A stretch of 64,000 nucleotides of DNA from Candidatus Aminicenantes bacterium (GTDB lineage: Bacteria > Acidobacteriota > Aminicenantia > Aminicenantales > JAFGBC01). Location: assembly GCA_963702005.1 (NCBI GenBank), contig OY969696.1:704001-768000 (forward strand). The letters are read 5' to 3'. Shown here piece by piece: positions 58,643 to 64,000 of the stretch. How positions within the stretch are numbered: the first letter of the stretch is position 1; each line of letters starts with the position of its first letter. A program made the position numbers and the translations under genes. Under the pieces are notes generated by a model, which worked only from the letters and a program-made list of their open reading frames with translations, was not told the DNA's origin and did not search any database.

Positions 58643-60679
58643 TTAAAAATCCCTCCGCAGAATGCCGCCCCCCGATGTTCCGACGTAGACCTGGCGGGCG
58701 GCGCCGTCGATCTCTATCGATGTCACGCCCCTGACGGGAAGACCCTCCGAAATGTCCGTCCAGGTTGCTCCTTTGTCGTTGCTGTAGGAAAAGAAGCTCC
58801 AGTTCCCCGCGAATATTTCGTTTGGGTTGGACTCATTGATGGCGATGCAATTGCATCCCCAGGGGCCGTTCTCGAGCTTGGTCCAGGTGTCCCCGCCGTT
58901 CGTGGAGACGAAAATACCCGCCCAGGAGGTTCCCAGATAGATCGTGCCCGAGACGCTCGGATCTACGGCGATGGCCTCGATCCTGGCTGAGGACGAGGGA
59001 GGAGTCAGCTCGGTCCAGCTCGCGCCCCCGTCCGTGCTCTTGTGCAGGGCCGGGGCATAGGAGGATTTATAGCCGGCGACATAGATCGTATTCCTGTTCG
59101 AAGGGTCGAACGCCGCGACTTCCAGGCAGCTGCCCGTATCGTTCCTGATCTTGATTTGTTTCCAATCGGATCCGCCGTCCGTCGACAGGAAAATCCCCAT
59201 TACATATTGACTGCCGCTGACGACATATCCTCCCGCTATGATGTGCTTCGGATCCGCGGGATCGGTCAGGAGGATGAGTCCTTGGCAGCCGGCTCCGGGC
59301 AGAAGTTGCTTAAAGCTTTTGCCTCCGTCTACGGAACTGTAGACGCGGGGGTTGCTTCAGCCGTAGGTCGAGAGGTAGACCCTGTTCGGGTCCGCGTTCG
59401 GAACGGCGAGATGAGCGATGCTGTCGCTTCCCGCGAAATTGCCGAGCTTCGCCCAGCTCCTGAAGCCGTTCTCGGTTCTAAAGATGCCGTAATTGGTGAC
59501 CGCGGCATAGGCTGTGTTTGCGGAGGCGGCGCTCGCCGATGAGCGGGGATATTGGAAATCCGCTATTTCGGCGGCTTGAATTCCCGCGTGGGAGGCTTTA
59601 AAAGAGCGGCCCGCGTTCGTGCTCTTGAAGACGCCCGCCGTGGACGTGACCTGAAGCGTATTCCCCGAGGCAATGATCCTCGATACGGTGCCGCAGAGGA
59701 CGTTCGAGAATGGCGTCCAATGATGTCCGCCGTCCTTGCTTTGATAGATCGTTTTATAGGCTCCTCCGTAGAGGACATTGGGATTGGTTTTGTCGAGGGA
59801 AAGGGACTGGATATTATAAAGGCTCTGAGGATTCGTCTGGTTCTGCCAACTGACCCCGGCGTCGGCCGTAAAGGCCACTCCGCCATAATACGGGACGAAC
59901 AATCTCGCGGCGTTCGAGGGGTCGACGGCGACGGCGTAGGCCTGGCCGTAAAATCCCGAGCCCGCGTTCATGAAGGCGGGAGTGATGTCCTTCCAGGTCC
60001 CGCCCGTATTCGTGGAGCGGTAGATGCGGGCGATGCAGCCCGTGCCGGCCCAATAATAGCCGCAGAAATAGACCGTGGACGGAGCCTGGGCGGGAATGAC
60101 GATGTCGCGCGCGCAGCCCGAATCCGAAGTCGTGTCCATCGTCTTCTGGGTCCAGCTTTTGCCTCCGTTCGTCGATTTGAAGACGGCCAGGCACGATTTG
60201 TTGGCGCTTGAATTGGTGGTATAGCTTCCCGAAACGAAGACGATATTCGGATTTTGGGGGTGGACCGCGATTCGGCCCAGAAAGGCGTATCGATGGCCGC
60301 CGAGCGGGAATTTCGTGAATGTTGTTCCTCTATCGGCGGACTTATAGAACGCTTCCGAGGATAGGACATAGACTGTCCGCGGATTCTTCGGGTCCAGCGC
60401 TATATCGGAAGCATCGATGTCGAGGTGGGACTGGCGTGTCCAACTCCCGCAGCCGTCGGCTGACCGGAAGACTTGCCCCTGCTTGGTTAGGACGTATAGT
60501 TCGCTCGGAGATTTCGGGTGGCGCGCGATGGAGATGATATTTCCGCCGTTCGGCCCGAGTCCGGTCCAGACCGAAGCGGCCTCCGGAGACGACGATGGAG
60601 AGGGCTCCGGTCCGCGAAGGCGGCCGTAGAGCACGGCGGCGCAGAAGACGGCTAAGATGACCCCCATGGCTTTTTTCAT
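58643..60679 (-). CDS. Secreted BNR beta-propeller candidate selenoprotein, paralog A (678 aa, Sec441, TGA 59357-59359)
   Basis: STYG-U-SNPRVYSSVDGGKSFKQLLPGAGCQG in frame with ORF 58643-59200; hairpin CGTCTAC-AGTTCC-GTAGACG. Confidence 0.8.
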
Positions 60680-60720
60680 GGACCCTCCGTCGGAAGCCGC
60701 GTTCCTTTTATCCTGGCTGA

Positions 60721-60750
60721 ATTATAGGGAATTCTCCGCCCGGCGGTCAA
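60721..60750 (-). promoter_or_regulatory. Sigma70 promoter of paralog A
   Basis: TTGACC-18 nt-TATAAT. Confidence 0.75.
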
Positions 60751-60780
60751 GAAACCGCGGAAAAAAGCCGTTCTCTCCTC

Positions 60781-60809
60781 TTGACAAGCCGCGGGGGTTT
60801 CAATAACTT
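60781..60809 (+). promoter_or_regulatory. Divergent sigma70 promoter for dsbD-N/selA/selD
   Basis: TTGACA-17 nt-TAACTT. Confidence 0.55.
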
Positions 60810-60819
60810 AGGTAAAGCC

Positions 60820-61386
60820 ATGAGAACCAAGACAGTCCTATCCACCCTGTTCTTTTTCGCGGTTTTCTGCCTTTTGTCCTCGGCCCTCGCCTCGGCCCAG
60901 CTCGAAGTCCCCAAGGTCGTGACCGCGCGGGCCGTCTTGTCCAAGAGCGCAGTCCACGCCGGTGAGACGGTCAAAATCGCCGTCGTCCTCAAGATCGAGA
61001 AGGGCTGGCACATCAACTCGGATGATCCCGGCGACGAGTTCCTGTTCCCCTCGTCCCTCGCCCTTGACGAGGTCGCCGGCTTCGAGGTCAAGGCTTTGGC
61101 CTTCCCCAAGCCCAAGCAGGCCAAGTTCGAGTACTCCGACTTCGAGCTCCGCGTCTACGAAGACGAGGCCGTCGTGGGGGCGCTCCTCCAGGTCGCGGAG
61201 AGCGTTAAAGCCGGCGCCTACAGCCTGACGGGAGTGTTCAAGTACCAGGCCTGCAACAATACGTCGTGCATTATGCCCCAGGACCTCCGCCTCGAGATCC
61301 CGGTCGAGGTCGTGGCGGCGGGCGTCGAGACCAAGGACGTCGAGCCCGACCTCTTCGCCAAGATCGAATTCAAGGACAAAAGCTGA
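60820..61386 (+). CDS. Secreted stand-alone DsbD N-terminal (Ig-like) domain protein
   Basis: Signal peptide; GWHINS, FPKP, YQACNNTSCIMP (Cx4C) motif typical of DsbD-alpha. Confidence 0.8.
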   Translation: MRTKTVLSTLFFFAVFCLLSSALASAQLEVPKVVTARAVLSKSAVHAGETVKIAVVLKIEKGWHINSDDPGDEFLFPSSLALDEVAGFEVKALAFPKPKQAKFEYSDFELRVYEDEAVVGALLQVAESVKAGAYSLTGVFKYQACNNTSCIMPQDLRLEIPVEVVAAGVETKDVEPDLFAKIEFKDKS

Positions 61387-61432
61387 GGCGCGGGCCGCGA
61401 TCGGAGGCTCGGTCGGCTCCGAACGGAGACGC

Positions 61433-62842
61433 ATGAAAGAATCTCTTTTTCGGCTGATCCCATCTGTGGACGCCCTCCTCAATCATCCGGAGGCGCGCCG
61501 GCTCGCCGAGGCGTACGGGCGGCCCTTGGCCTTGGACGCCGTCCGCGACGAGCTCGAGGCGGTCCGGGCCGAAATCCAAACGGCCGGCGCCGCATCATCC
61601 TTGGCCGAGAAAGACCTTGCCCCGGAGGCCTTGCTCGACCGAGTCCGGGCGCGGCTCGAGCGGAAGCTCGCCCCCTCGCTGGGACGCACGATCAACGCGA
61701 CCGGGATCGTCATCCATACCGGGCTGGGGCGGGCCGTCCTGGCTCCCGAGGCGCGGGAGGCCCTGGCGCGCGTGTCCCAAGGATACTCGCAGCTCGCCGT
61801 GGATCTTGAGACAGGTCAGCGCGGCCATCGCGACGTCCATTACGCCTCCCTTCTCCGCGAGCTGACCGGCGCCGAGGCCGGTTTCGCCGTCAACAACAAC
61901 GCCGCGGCGACCGTCCTCCTTCTCAACACCCTGGCCAAAGGCAAGGAGGTCATCCTCTCGCGCGGCCAGCTTGTCGAGATCGGGGGTTCGTTCCGGATGC
62001 CCGACGTCATGGAGACGTCGGGGGCCGTCCTGCGCGAGGTCGGGACGACCAACAAGACCCATCTCCGCGACTACGAGGCGGCGATCTCGGACCGGACCGG
62101 CATCCTCCTTCGCGTCCACCACTCGAACTACCGGATCATGGGCTTCGCCGAGGAGCCGGGGATCGAGGAGCTGGTCGAGCTCGGCCGCAAGCACGGCCTC
62201 CCCGTCGTCGACGATATCGGAAGCGGGGCGCTGGTTGACCTCAAAGATTACGACCTCGAGACCGAGCCACTCGTCCAGCGGAGCGTCCGGGCCGGCGCCG
62301 ACGCCGTCTGCTTCTCGGGCGACAAGCTCATCGGCGGGCCCCAGTCGGGGATCATCGTCGGCAGGGCCAAGGTCGTCGGGCGCGTCAAGAAAAACCCGCT
62401 GGCCCGCGCTTTCCGGATCGGGAAGCTGACCGCGGCCGCCCTCGAAGCGACCCTCAAGCTCTTCCTGGACCCGGACCGGCTGAGGGACCGGCATCCCGTC
62501 TACCGGATGCTGGGGCTGGACGCGAAGGAGATCGAACGGCGGGCGCGCGCCGCGTCGGATACGCTGGCGCTCGGCCTGGCCGGGCGGGCCCGCGTTTCGG
62601 TCGTAGAGGACCGGTCCCAGGTCGGAAGCGGCTCGGTCCCGGTTGAGACCCTCCCGACCTTCGTCCTCAAAATCGAATCCGCGTCTCTTCCGGCCGAGGA
62701 GCTGGCCCGCCGGCTGCGGCGCGGCGCCCCGCCCGTCTTCGGCCGCGTCCACAAGGACGCGCTCCTTCTCGACTTTCGGACCGTCTTCCCCGAAGAGGAC
62801 GGCATCGTCATCGACGCCGTCCGGGCGGCCGTCGAACCTTAA
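61433..62842 (+). CDS. selA: L-seryl-tRNA(Sec) selenium transferase
   Basis: INATG.VIHT.LGRA, VNNNAAA, SRGQLVEIGGSFRMP, EVGTTNKT, DIGSG, FSGDKLIGGPQ. Confidence 0.97.
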   Translation: MKESLFRLIPSVDALLNHPEARRLAEAYGRPLALDAVRDELEAVRAEIQTAGAASSLAEKDLAPEALLDRVRARLERKLAPSLGRTINATGIVIHTGLGRAVLAPEAREALARVSQGYSQLAVDLETGQRGHRDVHYASLLRELTGAEAGFAVNNNAAATVLLLNTLAKGKEVILSRGQLVEIGGSFRMPDVMETSGAVLREVGTTNKTHLRDYEAAISDRTGILLRVHHSNYRIMGFAEEPGIEELVELGRKHGLPVVDDIGSGALVDLKDYDLETEPLVQRSVRAGADAVCFSGDKLIGGPQSGIIVGRAKVVGRVKKNPLARAFRIGKLTAAALEATLKLFLDPDRLRDRHPVYRMLGLDAKEIERRARAASDTLALGLAGRARVSVVEDRSQVGSGSVPVETLPTFVLKIESASLPAEELARRLRRGAPPVFGRVHKDALLLDFRTVFPEEDGIVIDAVRAAVEP

Positions 62843-62857
62843 GGGAGAGAACCGGCC

Positions 62858-64000
62858 ATGGTCGACCTCGAAAAGCGCCGCCGGATCATGGGGCGCTCCA
62901 TCAAGCTCGGGCACTGCATCTGCAACCCCAAGGACCCCTGTCCCTGCGACCTGTTCAAGCGGAAGAACGTCTGCCTCTGCGCGGGCGAGCGCGAAGAGGA
63001 GGCGGCCGAGGACGTCGCCCTGACCAAGCTCGTCGAGAACGCGGGCTGCGCCTCCAAGGTCTCCCAGGAATTTCTCAAACAGGCCCTCGAGGGGCTGCCC
63101 GCCGTCTTCGACCCGCGGGTGCTCGTCAGCTCCTCGACTTGCGACGACGCCGGGATCTTCAAGCTCAACAATACGACCGCGCTCGTCCAGACGGTCGACG
63201 TCTTCTCGCCCTGCGTCGACGACCCCTACGTCTTCGGCCAGATCGCCGCGGCCAACTCCGTGAGCGACGTCTATGCCATGGGCGGAAAACCCCTGACGGC
63301 CCTGTCCATTATCGGATTCCCCTCGGACCGGCTCTCGCCCCGGATCATGAACAAGATGCTCCAGGGCGGAATCGACAAGCTCGGCGAGGCCGGGGTCCCC
63401 GTCCTAGGCGGCCACAGCATCAAGGACGCCGAAGTCAAATTTGGGTTCGCCGTCACCGGGGTCGTCCGGCCCGATCGCATCCTGACCAACGACAAGGCCC
63501 GGCCCGGGAACGTCCTTGTCCTGACCAAGCCGATCGGGACGGGGCTGGCCTGCTTCGCCCAACAGCTCGGGAAGGCGGACGCGGCGCTCCTCGAGGCGAC
63601 CGCCCGCTCCATGACCGAGCTCAACGGCCCCGCCGCCGAGGAGGCCGTCAGAGCCGGCGTGCGGGCCGCGACCGACGTGACCGGATTCGGTCTCCTCGGC
63701 CACTTGGCCGAGATGGCTGTCCAGAGCCGGGTCACGGCCGAAATCTGGGCCGAGGAAGTGCCCCTGTTCAAGGGCGTCCTCGACCTCGCCCGCAAGGGGG
63801 TCGTCTCGGGCGCCGTCGAGCGGAACCGGGAATACGCGATGCGCTTCGTGACCAAGGCCCCGGACGTCGGCGAAGAGTGGGAGGCGGTCCTCCTCGATCC
63901 CCAGACCTCGGGCGGTCTTCTTCTTGCCGTTTCCCGGGCGCGCGCGGCCGGGCTCCTCAAGAGGCTCGCGGCGCGGGGGATCGCGTCGGCGCGGATCATC
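62858..64000 (+). CDS. selD: Selenide, water dikinase with Cys-rich N-terminal extension (runs off the window end; absent from the ORF track)
   Basis: Read manually: LTKLVENAGCASKV, DDAG, QTVDVF, FGQIAAANSVSDVYAMGG, GGHSI, LTKPIGTG, TDVTGFGLLGH, DPQTSGGLL. Confidence 0.95.
   Translation, partial: MVDLEKRRRIMGRSIKLGHCICNPKDPCPCDLFKRKNVCLCAGEREEEAAEDVALTKLVENAGCASKVSQEFLKQALEGLPAVFDPRVLVSSSTCDDAGIFKLNNTTALVQTVDVFSPCVDDPYVFGQIAAANSVSDVYAMGGKPLTALSIIGFPSDRLSPRIMNKMLQGGIDKLGEAGVPVLGGHSIKDAEVKFGFAVTGVVRPDRILTNDKARPGNVLVLTKPIGTGLACFAQQLGKADAALLEATARSMTELNGPAAEEAVRAGVRAATDVTGFGLLGHLAEMAVQSRVTAEIWAEEVPLFKGVLDLARKGVVSGAVERNREYAMRFVTKAPDVGEEWEAVLLDPQTSGGLLLAVSRARAAGLLKRLAARGIASARII

Noticed and set aside
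52150-60679. The propeller UGAs as a genome-wide recoded stop (UGA = Trp or Gly)
   Set aside because: Many conserved genes here end correctly at TGA (TonB receptor, rpiB, purD, purE, mutL, paralog D itself), and TGG is used for Trp
52150-60679. The propeller genes as pseudogenes or sequencing errors at the TGA
   Set aside because: The same codon at the same position in four diverged paralogs, with open conserved downstream frames and a conserved hairpin; the other errors in this window are indels, not substitutions
61384-61432. Sec read-through fusing the DsbD-N gene to selA
   Set aside because: The TGA is 46 nt from the selA ATG (out of frame) and no similar SECIS hairpin is seen
63040-63060. 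SelD as a selenoprotein
   Set aside because: The active-site codon is TGC (GCASK)
60680-64000. tRNA-Sec (selC) or selB near selA
   Set aside because: No TCA-anticodon cloverleaf or SelB ORF seen in this window; they may lie beyond 64000

Overview
High-GC bacterial chromosome segment. Gene content (Oar-like TonB receptor, sulfatase-TPR, pilBTC-pilSR-pilA, lpxK/lpxL) suggests a diderm of the Acidobacteriota/Aminicenantia type, but the taxonomy is inference only. Most of the window is housekeeping: tat, purDE, mtaB, mutL, two tRNAs, type IV pilus, lipid A, rph, comEC. The main finding is at 52150-64000. Four tandem, separately promoted, secreted BNR/Asp-box double beta-propeller genes each look split in the ORF track. 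In fact each has one in-frame TGA at the homologous position, followed by a conserved bacterial SECIS-like hairpin (CGTCTAC-AGGTCT-GTAGACG in three copies, a loop variant in the fourth) and a conserved Cys 24-25 residues downstream. They lie head-to-head with a DsbD-N-domain gene, selA and a selD carrying a Cys-rich FTR-like N-terminal module. This points to a family of exported beta-propeller selenoproteins that I do not recognise as described. Other observations: a RAYT transposase with three REP-like copies bracketing an ECF sigma cassette; an IS200 inserted exactly into one REP, with ends fixed by the guide/cleavage rules; several palindromic repeat families; a 19-aa acidic uORF before two Ddl-like ATP-grasp genes and a GNAT; and an AspAT fused to a degenerate PEPCK/HprK-like domain. 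Three single-base frameshifts are probably assembly errors.
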